From Podarcis filfolensis (taxonomy: Eukaryota), in assembly GCA_964270895.1 (NCBI GenBank), contig OZ185444.1: a DNA stretch of 64,000 nt, one strand, 5' to 3'. The translations under genes were made by a program, and so were the position numbers. This document shows, one piece after another, positions 49,340 to 61,486 of this stretch. The notes under the pieces were generated by a model that saw only the letters and a list, made by a program, of their open reading frames with translations, was not told the origin of the DNA and did not search any database. Every line of letters begins with the position of its first letter. Position 1 is the first letter of the stretch.

Positions 49340-49664
49340 AGCGGCAGAGAGGGGGGGGAGCCGCCGCCTCAGCCCCGTCCCTCGCCCCGCTCCATCCTCC
49401 CTGCTCTCCGCCGGCCCAGACGGCAGGCGGGAGTAGCGGCAGCGGCAGGCGAGAGCAGCCCCCTCGCCCGCCCCTCTCGGCAGCCTTCCTCCTCCTCCTC
49501 CTCCTCCTCGCCAGCCCCACACGGGCTAAAGGAAACTCCAAGGACACCCCGAGGCAAAGGAGAGCGAGCGAGCGAGCGAGCGAGCGGGGGAAGGAGCGAG
49601 GAGGGAGGCGGGCAGCAGGCAGGCGGGCGAGGGAGAAGCGCCCATCCCTTTCCCCCTCACGGCA

Positions 49665-49968
49665 ATGTCCAAGGGCTTGAAGAAGAAAAGCCACTGGACG
49701 AGCCGAGTCCATGAGTGTGTCATCGTGAGGAGCCAGGAGGGCGGGCTGGGCTTCGAGCTCAAGGGGGGCGCCGAGAACGGGCAGTTCCCGTACCTGGGGG
49801 AGGTCAAGCCCGGCAAGGTGGTCTACGAGAGCGGAGGCAGCAAGTTGGTGCCCGAGGAGCTGCTGCTGGAGGTGAACGAGACCCCCGTGGCCGGGCTCAC
49901 CATCCGGGATGTGCTGGCCGTGATCAAGCACTGCAAGGACCCCATCCGGCTCAAGTGCGTCAAGCAAG
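49665..49968 (+). CDS. MAGI2: MAGI2 coding exon 1 (N-terminal PDZ0 domain of membrane-associated guanylate kinase inverted 2)
   Basis: Translates MSKGLKKKSHWTSRVHECVIVRSQEGGLGFELKGGAENGQFPYLGEVKPGKVVYESGGSKLVPEELLLEVNETPVAGLTIRDVLAVIKHCKDPIRLKCVKQ-G, which matches the vertebrate MAGI2 N-terminus as I recall it (MSKSLKKKSHWTSKVHE...GGAENGQFPYLGEVKPGKV...KHCKDPLRLKCVKQG). In-frame upstream stop TAA at 49527. Ends at a canonical donor CAAG|GTAAGC (phase 1). The ORF-track extension to 50201 is intron read-through. Confidence 0.96.
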
Positions 49969-50899
49969 GTAAGCGCGGGGCGGGCGGGGGGGGGGAGGGG
50001 GTTGGCGGGCGAAGGGCCCGAAGAAGAAGAAGAAGACGGCGGGGCGCGAGACGCGGCAACTTCTCCGCTTCGGGGCAGTTTGGCCGCCGCCGCCGCCCCC
50101 GACCCCCTTCCTTTGGCTGGGGAAGGGGAGGCAGCCGCGGCGGCGGCGCACAGCCTTCCTGGATCGCGCTGCGTGTCTCGTGTGCCGCACGGCAGAATTA
50201 AATGTGCGTCAGCGGCGGAGTGCCTGGAGAGCCGCGGGGAGCGGAGAAAGTTCGGCCGGGCCCGAAGAGGGAGCAGGCCGGCGGGGAAAGGGCTGGGGAG
50301 CGAGGGGTGCGCAGGACGCAAATGTGCAGAATCTGCCCCCCTCCGCCCAAAAAGCGAGTGCTTCTGAGCAAGTGCAGAGCGCCACCTTTTTGCTCAGGAC
50401 AGATGCAGGGCCATCCACACTTACTTGGGAGTAAGCTCTTTTTCTGTCCTCGGTGCGTGGGACTTGCTTCTGAGTAAACAGAAAGGGAAAAGGCTGTAAG
50501 GCTGCCCGCCGCTGCACCGTTACCTGAAAGTGGATCCCGCTGAGGGCTGGGATCTGGCTCTACGAGGAAGGGCAGCATGGATCCAGGGCAGACTTAAGCC
50601 TCAGCACCGAGACTCTCCTCCCCGCCACACACCCATTTTCAGCCCGGGACGCGAGTAGAAGGAAGGCATTCCAGGGCATCTTCTCCTGGCAAGGGGAGCG
50701 GTGGCACCGATGCATGCCGTGGAAGAAAGAGGGAGGGAGGAAGGAAGGAAGGAGGGGGAGAAGTGGGGCTAAACATTATGACAGCTCTGCAAGAACGCGG
50801 CTTCCCTGGAAAGCATCCCCGGTGACTAACCCTCCCGGGGAGTCGTAGTAGCCGCGCCGGGGACCAGCCTGCGCTAAGGCGCCGCAACGTGCCAAGGCG

Positions 50900-50990
50900 A
50901 GCGTGCCAATCGCTGGGGAGGACGATTGTTATTATTCCGAGTGTGGAGTTTCAGCCAATAGGAGGGCGGGGCGAAAGCCGGGGCGGGACT
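50900..50990. promoter_or_regulatory. CCAAT-box and GC-box cluster in intron 1 (possible secondary or antisense promoter)
   Basis: GCCAAT at 50905-50910, AGCCAATAGG at 50953-50962, GGGCGG at 50964-50969 and 50981-50986. Confidence 0.4.
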
Positions 50991-52793
50991 TAGCTCATCA
51001 GCTGGGTTTCCCCCAAGATCTGCCCAAGGCGCGGGGCGTGTTCCCCTGAAGGCGCTGGCTGGGCTGCTGCGTGCCAAGTCCTTGACCACCACAAGCTTCT
51101 CACCTCTACGAAAATCAGCCGAGGGGTTTCTTGGGTCGAAAACAAGTCCTCTGACATGCTAAAATAGTGTTCCTGTTTTTTTTGTTTTTGCTTTTTTGTT
51201 TAAAGACAGCAGAAAGCCATGTTTAAACCTAGGGGAAATTGGGGTAACGAGAACAGGCTTGAAGGTGCTTCGTTTTTATTTTTAGTGTTGTCATTGATTG
51301 GTAGCTTCAAAGAAAGTGGAGGTTGCAATGCAAGATTGCAACAGAAGGTTTGCAGGGAATGGCTTTGCTGCTCGTGGAGGAGCATTTAAGCAGCCCAACA
51401 TATGAAAGCTTTATTGGAAAGCGAGCTAAAATCCATTGGTTTAGTGCCAATGCTGCAATTATGGGGGAGGGATAGGAAATCTGTGGCCTTCCTTGCACTC
51501 CCATCATCTCTGACTGTGGCCGTCCTCATCAGGGCTCATGGGGTTTGGAGTCCAGCAACACCTGAAGCACCATAGGTTGCCGTCCCTTTTTTAGAGTTGT
51601 ACTGCTATGCTTTGCATTTGAAGGTAGGGTAGTTTGTCAAGGAAGCTAAATCCATGTTAAGAAATACTTAGCGTCGACACAGAAAAGGGTAGGTAAGGTG
51701 TGGAGTCTTCCCTCTCCATTCCAAAACAAATAAATATCAAATATGTAGCGGAAAGCTGCCCTCAAATCTTGGAGTCCTAAATTAATTAAAAACAGATATC
51801 AACAATAGAAGTTATTTACAGTGCATTGAAATAAATATGATAACCCATAACTGCTGAATGAGGAAGACTGGCCACTTCCAGACTCCCACTATTTTGTAAG
51901 TGGCACATTAAGGGCGATTCAGATTGTGCTAGTAGAATGGATTTGGTGTTCTTGTGCAACAAGCCTGCTCTCCTCCCTCCCGTCCCAACTTCTTGCACTA
52001 AGGAAAGTGATGGAGAAATGCACTGGAAAGTGTGAGATAACAGTTGTTTGGTATGATGGTGTATGCCTTCCCTGCAAACAAATAAGAATGAATGTTAAAT
52101 AAAACAGGTCCCCTGGAAGCAACAGTTACATTATACATGTAAACTGGTTTATGCAATATTTAATTGTTACGGCTTTATCTTTGGAACCCTCGTAATTGTA
52201 GCTTAGCGATGTTGTTATGAATTCTCTTAAGAGATCCCCAGGACTTGTTAAAGAATAATTCCTAGGGTCCACAGAGAAAACTCTCGTGGGTTAAACTGCT
52301 TTGAATTTGCAGTGTGGTCATGTTCTCAGAAATACACTGGTAGGACAAGTAATGCTAATCTGTCAAAAGCAATATTCCACTACTACCAATCTGGAATGAT
52401 AAACAGAATATTAATGGCAAAGTGTAACAGATGGCTTTCCTTCTCCAGCTTAATGTCCAGTGGCAAAGTTTAGGTATTCTCTTTGGCTAATTACTTTCAA
52501 TGATTTTTGTGTTTTTGCATGCCTCAGATGATGGATCTGATCCAAAGTTTGAATCAGGCACTTGCAATTTTACTGCTTTGTCTCATCTACTAAAGTCATA
52601 CTGCTAAAACGACCATGTTTTGATTTTTGTGCAGCAAACTGTCACTTGGGTACTTTGTACAGTCCAGAAGGTATGAAGGCATGGAAAACTGTGCATTCAG
52701 TGCTGAGGGCTCAACTCTATGGAACTGAGATTAGACAGGCACCCTCCTTGCTGAACTTCACATGCACGACTTTCCTGTTCCAGCAGGCATTTT

Positions 52794-52863
52794 TAGATAG
52801 TGTTTGGTTTTATTATAGATATAATAATTAGATAGTGTTTGGTTTTATTATAGATATAATAAT
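52794..52863. repeat. Perfect 35-bp tandem duplication
   Basis: TAGATAGTGTTTGGTTTTATTATAGATATAATAAT occurs twice, head to tail. Confidence 0.95.
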
Positions 52864-54797
52864 TTTCCATGGATAGTTTTTTATGAACACTACTTAGAAA
52901 TACAAATAATTAAGCAGTATATAAATGTCGCAGGAAAAAAATAATTTATATGGAAATAAAGGGAAACAAAGTTGAAAAAGTTTTATTTTGTTAAACAAAG
53001 TTGATAAGAACTTGAGATCCCATTACTGCTGTCCTGCACTTTGATTGTTACTGACCTCAGTGGGATTTACATGTATGTGACTACATAGCTGAACTCATCT
53101 TTTTAGATATCTCCTACCGATTGAAAAGGCAGATAATATTATTGACAAATAGGCTAAAACTGATTTTAGCTGCCATTCCTTTTTACCTACATGCAAAATT
53201 ATATAATTATTTTTTAAGATAACTTGCAGTTTTGTCCATAGTTGGAAATGCAATATGATTATATCAGAATCTTATGCCTGTATATGCCTTAATTTATTCC
53301 TTACAGTAACTGGTGCTGTTCTTCAATGTCCTTCAGCTGGCAGCTCCTCCAAAGGGAGTAAGATACATGACTCAGCTTCCTTATAGGGGGGAAAAACAAG
53401 TCTAGTTGATATACACATTATCCTGGTTCACCCCATCGCTCATCGTTAAATTTTATCTGTTTTGGAATTGAAGTCCTTCTTAGGGTAGCAATGCATTCCT
53501 ATCTGTAATATTTAAAACATATGTAGGCCATTGACATTTTATGGGGTTTATTTACACTATGTGCAAATCACATAAAATTGAGAATTTGGGCACCAGTTTC
53601 TATGCAAACTACATTCATAAGACAGTTTCAGTGCAAATGCTCTTAGATTAGGGAACAGCTGGCAACTCCTCTGCAGGGAATTGAATGACTTAGTTTAGCC
53701 TTCTTATAGAAGGAAGCCTTGTCCAGTTTATATATGGCCAAATGGATCTTTAAAAATGCAATCCAATTTAGTTTCTACCCTCCTCCTTATTTGAAGTACA
53801 GAGGCCCTATATTAAAAGTTTGCTCCCAGTGAATTGTTTTCTCCAGTGTACAGAACAAAGAGTCATAGCCAATGAATGATGTCTGTTTTTGTAACTTTGT
53901 TCTTGTTCTGTTCTAAGACATGTCAGATCAAGGTTAATTAAGTCATTATCATAACTTTTGCATACATTTATCAGTGAACCCCTCTATAAAATGTTTCACT
54001 GCAGACAGTTAATTAAAACATCATGACCTTGACTGGGGCCATGTGGCCGTTTTGGCATTTCTCTCTTGGAATTAAGTGCTGTCAGAGTAAAATCACAGTG
54101 TGAGATGCGCAGGTAGGGCATTGACCCTCCTACTATGGTGGTTAAAAGTGTTTGAGCACATATTTTTCTTGAACATTATTACAAATCAGTTGTCAGGTTC
54201 CCTACAGAAACAAAATTACAGAATGTTTAATTTTGTTTTACAGTAACTTGTTGAACTCTTTTAGCACAGACAATTAAAATGGTACATTTTTAATGATTTG
54301 CGGATCTGCTTCACTACTTTCAGTTGCCTAAACAGTAAAAAAACGTTTCTCTGATGTTTTAGCGGCTTACAAAATTGACCTTTGGCCTCTAGCATATTTA
54401 GATTAGAAGAGCCAGCCTGTCAGATCTCTTCCCTTACAACACTCCAGGACTGAGGCTCCTTACTTGGAAGTAAGCCATATAGATTTCCGCAGTGCTTATT
54501 TCCAAGAATTTCATCCTAAGTAAGCAAGCAGGTGTTCTTAATGGGTAGTGTGTTAACTAGGCTGGATTGCTTGAATTATGTGAAGTTGTTTACTCAGCAG
54601 GCATCTTGGTTTTAAAGGCAAGAGGTTAGCCTTGGCCTTTTGGGAGCTATAGATTGAAACTACTGACTAAATGAGTGATCTTAAGTAGCTGTTTGAGTGC
54701 AGTTATGAGGTATGCAAAGTTAGTTATTGCATCTTCCCATGCTTGCTTTGGAGTTTGTAATTGTTCTTGGATATTTAGCAAGTTTATAGTCTGCATT

Positions 54798-54860
54798 TAG
54801 AGCCTGGTGTGCTCTTGTCTATAGGGTCACGAAGAGTCGGACATGACTAAACAACAACAA
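54798..54860 (+). mobile_element. Very short Bov-B 3' tail insertion
   Basis: GCCTGGTGTGCTCTTGTCTATAGGGTCACGAAGAGTCGGACATGACTAAACAACAACAA; flanks AGTCTGCATT / AGCCTGCATT. Confidence 0.8.
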
Positions 54861-55085
54861 GCCTGCATTGCAGAAGGTTGCCTTTGCCAGATAATTCTGA
54901 GAGTTAATATGTGTTGCTGTACCTACATATTGCATAGTATGTATTGGCATAGCTATAGCCTTACCCTTTGCAAGGCGAGTAGATTCCGCCAGGTTGCCTG
55001 TTGATTTTAGTCTTGTTTTAACAGACTATGGTTACAAATCAGGTGTGTCTGCACTGTCATAGATGGCTCCATGACAGCCTAAATT

Positions 55086-55331
55086 TGAGTTGCCATACAT
55101 CCGGGAATTCCTGGACATGGCCTCTTTTGGGGGTCCTACATGCCCATCTAAGGGGAATTCTACATTTTAAAGCAAATGTCCTGGATTTTGTTGTTGTTTT
55201 TTAAATTGTGTGTGGGCGGCTCTGGTTCAGGTTGTGGTTTGGTGGCGGCGGCAGAGCTATCAGGCGATTGTGCTAAAAAAACCTCAACAACTCTTTATAT
55301 CATTTTTACCTCTTGAAATATGGCAACCCTA
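55086..55331. mobile_element. MITE with (TAGG)GTTGCCATA / TATGGCAACCCTA termini
   Basis: Inverted termini visible; TSD not resolved. Confidence 0.55.
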
Positions 55332-55985
55332 AAGTGCATTTTGGGAAGTGTACTCAGAAGCAGTATGACTTGAAAAACCACAGTTATATCTAGAAATATG
55401 CTTAACAGGGCGCCCTTGCATCTCTGTTTATGATGATGATTCTACTGTAGCTCACACTTCTACCGTCAGTTTCTCACTTCTGCTCCATTTGAACCTTTTA
55501 CAAGCTAGCTGTGTGTCAGAGTCTTTTTTTTAGATGTGTTAGCTGTGTTTGTGGATTTTATATAGTTGAAATAGGTAGCAGCATAGCAAGTACTACTATG
55601 CTACTTTAGAGATTTGGAGCAAGTGTGTATTATTTTTTGCATTTGTCAGTGACTCATTTTACCTGATTTAGGTAAACGAAATAATAAAGCAATAAAAATA
55701 GGTTAACTTATTTGATACATTGATGGTGGGACCAGAATGTTCCTTGTTCCTGGGGAGGCTATGTACATAGTGCTAGTTTGTGTAACAATTCAATCTGTTG
55801 GCAAATATTGAGTTCTTGGCCTTAAAAAAAAGGACTTAAATATCAAATATTATATCAGACTAATATAGATAAATAGATAGATAGATAGCATTGAATAAAA
55901 AGTCTGTGCCTCCACTGAAAATTAAGGTAGGTAAAGCAGCCCAACATAATATGTTGAATATTGTGGTCAGTACTGCCACAATGAA

Positions 55986-56308
55986 GGGACGCGGGTGGCG
56001 CTGTGGGTAAAAGCCTCAGCGCCTAGGACTTGCCGATCAAAAGGTCGGCGGCTCCCAGCGCCTGCCAACCTAGCAGTTCGAAAGCACCCCCGGGTGCAAG
56101 TAGATAAATAGGGACCGCTTACTGGCGGGAAGGTAAACGGCGTTTCCGTGTGCTGCGCTGGCTTGCCAGATGCAGCTTCGTCACGCTGGCCACGTGACCC
56201 GGAAGTGTCTCCGGACAGCGCTGGCCCCCGGCCTCTTAAGTGAGATGGGCGCACAACCCTAGATTCGGACACGACTGGCCCGCACGGGCAGGGGTACCTT
56301 TACCTTTT
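55986..56308 (+). mobile_element. Sauria SINE (Squam1/POM type)
   Basis: GGGACGCGGGTGGCGCTGTGG head, Bov-B-related TCGGACACGACTG near the 3' end, (ACCTTT)n tail; 12-bp TSD TACTGCCACAAT (55971-55982 and 56309-56320). Confidence 0.92.
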
Positions 56309-56393
56309 TACTGCCACAATATTGTGGTCATCACTGCCACAATGCAGTGGTGGACCTAAAAAAGATGTTTCTGCCTTAAATGACATAGGTACA

Positions 56394-56556
56394 GGAACAT
56401 AGGAAGCCGCCTTATAGGGAGTCTGACTATTAACCTAGTAGCTTGGTATTTTCTGCAGTTCAGACAGGACTCTTGCCGAGTCTCAGCCCTACTTGACCGT
56501 AGGAATTGAACCTGGGACCTTAAACACAAAGTAATTGCTCAGCCACTGAGTTATAA
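56394..56556 (-). mobile_element. tRNA-Ala-derived SINE with CR1-like tail (Squam2-like)
   Basis: GGAACATAGGAAGCCGCCTTATA...GAATTGAACCTGGGACCTT...CCACTGAGTTAT; B and A boxes on the minus strand. Confidence 0.7.
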
Positions 56557-57020
56557 CAATTCTCCAAGAATTTACTTTCTTACTGTAATTGTATATTTCA
56601 TATGCAAATAGTTTCCTTCTATGACATATAGTCGTCGTCCCCCCCCCCCCCCCGTGAAGTATATGCCTTGTCTTTTGATTTATAGATTTTATATGCCCCA
56701 CTCCAGAGTTTTGACATTCCCATGAAAGCCCAATTTCCTAAATATGCAGTGGCTTTGGCTGTTGATTGAAATTTACCTATTCCTATTGCATATGTACCAC
56801 TGCTTTGATATTGCCCTGAATGGGAAGCCCATGTTCAGTAGGAACTCTATTTGACATCAGAGTTTTTCTGATGCTGTGATTGAGCTGATCTTTTTCTTCT
56901 CAGAGATTGATGTTGTAAAACATCAGAAACCAGCATTCATATCTAGATAATTCATTTTTCCTTGACACATAGCATTCATTGACTTGAGGATTTAGTATTA
57001 TTGTTCACCAGGAGCTAAAT

Positions 57021-57260
57021 CAGGGGTCAGCAAATTTTTTCAGCAGGGGGCCGGTCTGCTGTCCCTCAGACCTTGTCGGGGGCCGGACTATATTTTGGAA
57101 AAAAATACTAACAAATTCCTGTGCCCCACAAATAACCCAGAGACGCATTTTAAATAAAAGGACACATTCTACTCATGTAAAAACATGCTGATTCCTGGAC
57201 TGTCCGCGGGCCGGATTTAGAAGGCGATTGGGCTAGATCCGGCCCCTGGGCCTACCCATG
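57021..57260 (-). mobile_element. hAT-type MITE, same family as 40342-40594
   Basis: Reverse-complement match along its length; perfect 8-bp TSD AGCTAAAT (57013-57020 and 57261-57268); small deletion next to the CCTACCCATG end. Confidence 0.9.
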
Positions 57261-58086
57261 AGCTAAATGAATTTGGATTTTAAATCTGTGGCTTCTTGTT
57301 ATGAGTAATTTTACTTGAGGTTATTGTAGGTTTAGGTAGTCTCTTGATGTAACTTTTAAGTGTCAATTTCTTAGCCACCCCTTCTAAAAGTCTCATGATC
57401 ACCAACCATTTTGAAGAACAAACAATGGATGTAAAACAATCTAAATCTTATTTTAAACAAAACATATGTTAGAATCCCAGCACTTTAGTGACTTTGGTCT
57501 GGCTTCCAAAGCCAAACCATACAGAGAAGACTATAAAAAAACTCAGATTATCTATTGTTAAATCTCTAGGAAAGGGAGTTATCCACAGCTGTTCTGCATA
57601 CCTCTTCACACAGACAGGTACAGATATGTCACCAAGTGCAGAATCTATCCCAAGTACATAACCTACATTTATGCAGTTATAACCTAATATTTTAGCATGT
57701 GTAGATCAGCCTTCCATCATGCATGGCGTTAATCCATTATGCAGATGAATCTTTAAACTAGTATAACTAGCTAACTATGCTTTTGGAGAACAATGAATCA
57801 TCACAGTAATTTAGGGGGGGGCTCACTATTGTAAAAACAAAATTTGCAGAGGGACACAGAAGGAAGTATACAGAAAGGTAAGCGGGTGTCAGAGCTGCTC
57901 TATGGGCTGCTTTAGGAGAAAAAGCAGGAGGTATGTGAGAGAGTCTGCTCCAAGGAACACATCAAAGCACAGATCCAAAAAGACAATATTTGAGTAGGAA
58001 AGTCCCAGCCCATACAAGAAGCATTTTAAAAGTCATTCATGCCCAGTGGCTGACAATATACCTAATCAACAGCAATAACAATATTG

Positions 58087-58310
58087 CAGGGATGTCCAAC
58101 TCCCAAGAGATTGCGATCTATTCCCGCTCTAAAAACACTGGCGGTGATCTACCATTGGGGAGGAATAGTCAAGGCTGTTGAGCTTCTTCTGGGGAGGCTT
58201 CAGAAAAGTTCTTGAGCTTTTCCATTACTTACTTACTTATTTTTGGATCGATCTATCAGGATCACGAGATTGACCAGGAATGCCCTGCAATGATAGATTG
58301 GACATCCCTG
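58087..58310. mobile_element. hAT-type MITE, 224 bp
   Basis: Perfect 13-bp TIR CAGGGATGTCCAA; perfect 8-bp TSD CAATATTG (58079-58086 and 58311-58318). Confidence 0.92.
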
Positions 58311-59429
58311 CAATATTGTATAAAACAGTAAAAATAAACTAATTAATTAGAAACAGAATTAGAAAGAGTGGTAGGCCAAATAAGGGCTCACTACAATTAA
58401 CTTACACACACTGGATGTCAGCCACAATTCTCATTTCTTCCCCCTCACAGCTCTTGCCAGCTTCTCATATCTCAGTTCATTTTCCATTTCTCACCAGGGA
58501 GGTAACAACTTCTACTTCTCGTTTAAACTCTCACAACCATTTATTGCATGGATATTGGTCAATCTCTTTACATCAAACATCCCTTCTTCCAGGATTGTCA
58601 TCTAGACAGCAGGGTTTTTTGAGACTCTGTGGTGGTGCTGGTAGGACAAGGCTGGTGAAAACGCTCATCCCCTTGATGCTGGTCTCTCTAACATGCCTTT
58701 GCTTTACTGCCAAGAAGATGTTTCAAACTGCTGTGCTGATAGTGTAGTATGTAGGGCAGTGGCAAATAGAGCTAAAAGTCTGTGTTTCTAGCCTGGTGGG
58801 GAAATTGACAGACTAACAGCTTGAGCATCTTCATAGTACAGAGATTTTCAGTTGCTTAGGGCCACACTAGACAGGACAGCTCTCTCTCTCTTTGTAACAT
58901 GCCATGCATATAATGCATGATGTGACATCATTACCATTTGCACCTCCTTGCACCAAGTTTACAAAATTGAGATGGAGTAAGTGGGTGAGACATCACATTG
59001 TGTGTTGCTTTTCTAAAATGTTAATGAAGAGAGGGTAAAGAGACACAGTGTTCCCTTTCTTCAGGACTGTCTTAAAGCCAGATGCTCTTATGAGCATGTG
59101 CAGTTTTATGTTTATGTGTTTTTGGTGCCTGCTAAAAGCATTTCTTTTCACCAGGATTTCCCAGATTAATTTTTGTTCATTATGAACACTGCTGGTTACC
59201 TGAAATGTGTGAAATCATTATACTGTGATTTATATTGATTTTGTGTTACGTGTTTTTTCTTTTTTTTGCACACCACATTTTAAATGCTAAGCAGTTTATA
59301 AAGCTTTGCAAGCATATGAATTAATAATACTTTAGTTGCAAGTGGGAAGTTGTAAGCCAGTATCTGTTGAATTATCTTGTAGTGCCAGCCTACTTTGTAG
59401 TGCCTAGCATTCTTGCCAAGAGTGCAATA

Positions 59430-59626
59430 AAGGCAATGACTGATTTGCACGGGGGTTACGTTCCTGACCCCCATATGCATTGGCTCAGCATGCAGAAAGC
59501 CTCTCTGCCCTGCTCCATCCCATTATACCCCCGCCTTGCCCCCTTTCCCAGCCACTTCTGGGTCACCGCAATGTGCGCAATCGTGGTTGCACATCAGTTG
59601 GATGCATGAAAAACGGTTGTTGCCTC
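59430..59626 (+). mobile_element. Tigger-like (Tc1/mariner) MITE, degenerate
   Basis: TA|AAGGCAA...GGGGGTTACGTTCC...GTTGCCTC|TA; a second copy in opposite orientation lies at ~60021-61214. Confidence 0.55.
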
Positions 59627-60020
59627 TACTAGGGTGACCTTGGTCTGATCCAGAGAGGTAGTTCTTAGGCAAGAGTGCATACTGAGGGTCACTCTTAAGA
59701 AAGATCAATTAATGCCTTAATTAAGGTTAATTACTAAGGAATCTTGAACATTCACTCTTTTTTCATAAACTAGTTAAAACACATTAGGAGATGAATAATT
59801 TCTAGTAAAATGACAATAATGTAGATAATGCAGCACTGCAGTTGGTCCATCCATGGTTTAGACTTCATTTTCTGATATTTGCTCTTTTTAAGCAAGTGAA
59901 CATATAGGCATTTGGTGATAATTTTGGTATAAAAATAGTGGAATTGAATGAGCTATCACATATATGAAAACTTTTTTCAAATAAAATATTGTGGTTATAC
60001 AAACAATGCACACACAATAA

Positions 60021-61214
60021 TAGGTCTTCCTTAAATTTATTGACTCTGCATGCACGCATCGCTGTGAACCCAGAAGTGGCAGGAAAAGGGGATGCGGTGG
60101 GCTTATGCTGTCACACGTGATGAGCCAGAACTAGGGCTGGGAGATATATCGTCCAAAACCAGTTTGAAGTTCACATCATGATAATTGTTTCATAATATTT
60201 GAGCTGGCAATATACTGCGAATCACAAAGTGTGTAAGGGCTAGGTGATATGTGGTTTTCAACATCGCAATAACTCACCAGCTAAACACTGCAATGTTATC
60301 AGCAGCTAAACATTGCAATCTACCACAATGTCTGAAATAAGGATGGAACTCTACAGAAGTGAACAGGACAATGTCCTGACAACTGCTACCACTTAGGGGT
60401 CTAAGAAGGATAAATGACAATATTATCAATCATCACACCCTCAGTTTCATCAGCAAACAAAAAAAGTGGCGGCAGTAATAGCAGAAGCCTAAAAGGCCTC
60501 GTGGCAGCAATGGGAGTTGGCGGCAGTAGCGGTGGCAGCCTGCAAGGCCTCACAGTGGCGGCACAAACACTGGTGGCATGTGAAGCCTCGCGGAGAGAGT
60601 GATGGCGGTGGCAGACTGTGAGGCTTTGTGGCAGCAATGGAACAGTAGTAGCCTGCAAGGCCTCACGGCAGTGACAAAGTGGCAGCAGAAGCTGTGGTGG
60701 CCTGTGAGTCCTCGTGGCCAAGGCCTGTGGCCACCACTGCAAGGCCTCACAGACTGCCGCTGCTTCTGCTGCCAGACTGCCATTGCTTCTGCCCCCCTGC
60801 CTTTGTTGATTCTGTCACCACTAGGCTATTGCCGTGTCTGCTGACAGTCTGGCAGTCCAAGGTTATTTGTATTCACTAGGACTCATAACCGTACTTTGGA
60901 TTGTCCTGAATATCACCATTTGGTAGCCAAGCCCAAAATCAAAAGTTTCATTGGGATGCATTTTGGCTTGCCTGCTGATGAAAGTAACCATGAGGTGATT
61001 CATAATATCATCCTTTATCAGTTTTAGATCCTTAAGTAGTAGCAGTTGCCAGGGCATTGTCCTGTTCGCCTCTGCATAGTTCCTTCCTTATTTCAGATAT
61101 TGTGATAAATTGATATATTGTGATGTTTAGCTAGTGATATATTGCGATATTGAAAACCAGTTATCACCCAGCCCTACCCAGAATATAACCCCCATGCAAA
61201 TCCGGAGTTGCCTG
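60021..61214 (-). mobile_element. Tigger-like MITE split by a hAT foldback element (~60021-60131 and 61185-61214)
   Basis: 60051-60091 is an inverted copy of 59539-59579; after the insert it resumes ATAACCCCCATGCAAATCCGGAGTTGCCTG|TA. Confidence 0.6.
60132..61176. mobile_element. hAT-type foldback element with ~200-bp inverted arms and a GC-rich repetitive core
   Basis: TAGGGCTGGG / CCCAGCCCTA ends; arms 60236-60455 and 60973-61175 are imperfect inverted repeats; degenerate 8-bp TSD GCCAGAAC/CCCAGAAT. Confidence 0.75.
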
Positions 61215-61486
61215 TACAGCTTTTGTTTTATTCTGAGGATACTTCTCTTTATTCTGGCCTTTGACACTTGAGTATATTCCATGATCCACTCTAGTCATGA
61301 TTCTAATTTGTTCTAAATTGTTTTTAACGTTATAGTTTACATTGTTGTGAACCGGTCTGGGAACTTGTGGTGAAAGACAGGTAATAAATTTGATAATGGT
61401 GGTAATAAAAATGTACGCAGCAAATGTATGGACACTGTGGCTGTTGTGTGGAGATGTTAGTAACTCCTACTGAGTCTTTTTTTAAA

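Larger units (their letters stand above)
48660..51100. promoter_or_regulatory. CpG island: MAGI2 promoter, 5' UTR and start of intron 1
   Basis: Abrupt rise in GC and CpG density, many GGGCGG boxes and CGCG runs, (CCT)n, (GAGC)n and (CAG)n tracts around the first exon. Boundaries estimated by eye. Confidence 0.85.

Noticed and set aside
49969-50201. In-frame continuation of the MAGI2 ORF (Arg/Gly-rich tail, 178 aa in total)
   Set aside because: It lies after a strong GTAAG donor and has no MAGI homology; intron read-through with no evidence of a retained-intron isoform.
50375-50392. GCGCCACCT partial CTCF-like motif
   Set aside because: The essential CTAGTGG/CTGGTGG half is replaced by a T-run.
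48377-50578. Long overlapping ORFs (320, 257, 360, 162 aa and others) on both strands
   Set aside because: Low-complexity Pro/Ala/Arg/Gly translations that result from stop-codon scarcity in the CpG island; only 49665-49968 has recognisable homology and a splice donor.
50596-50615. TCAGCACC half of a REST/RE1 motif in intron 1
   Set aside because: The right half (GGACAG) is not matched at canonical spacing.
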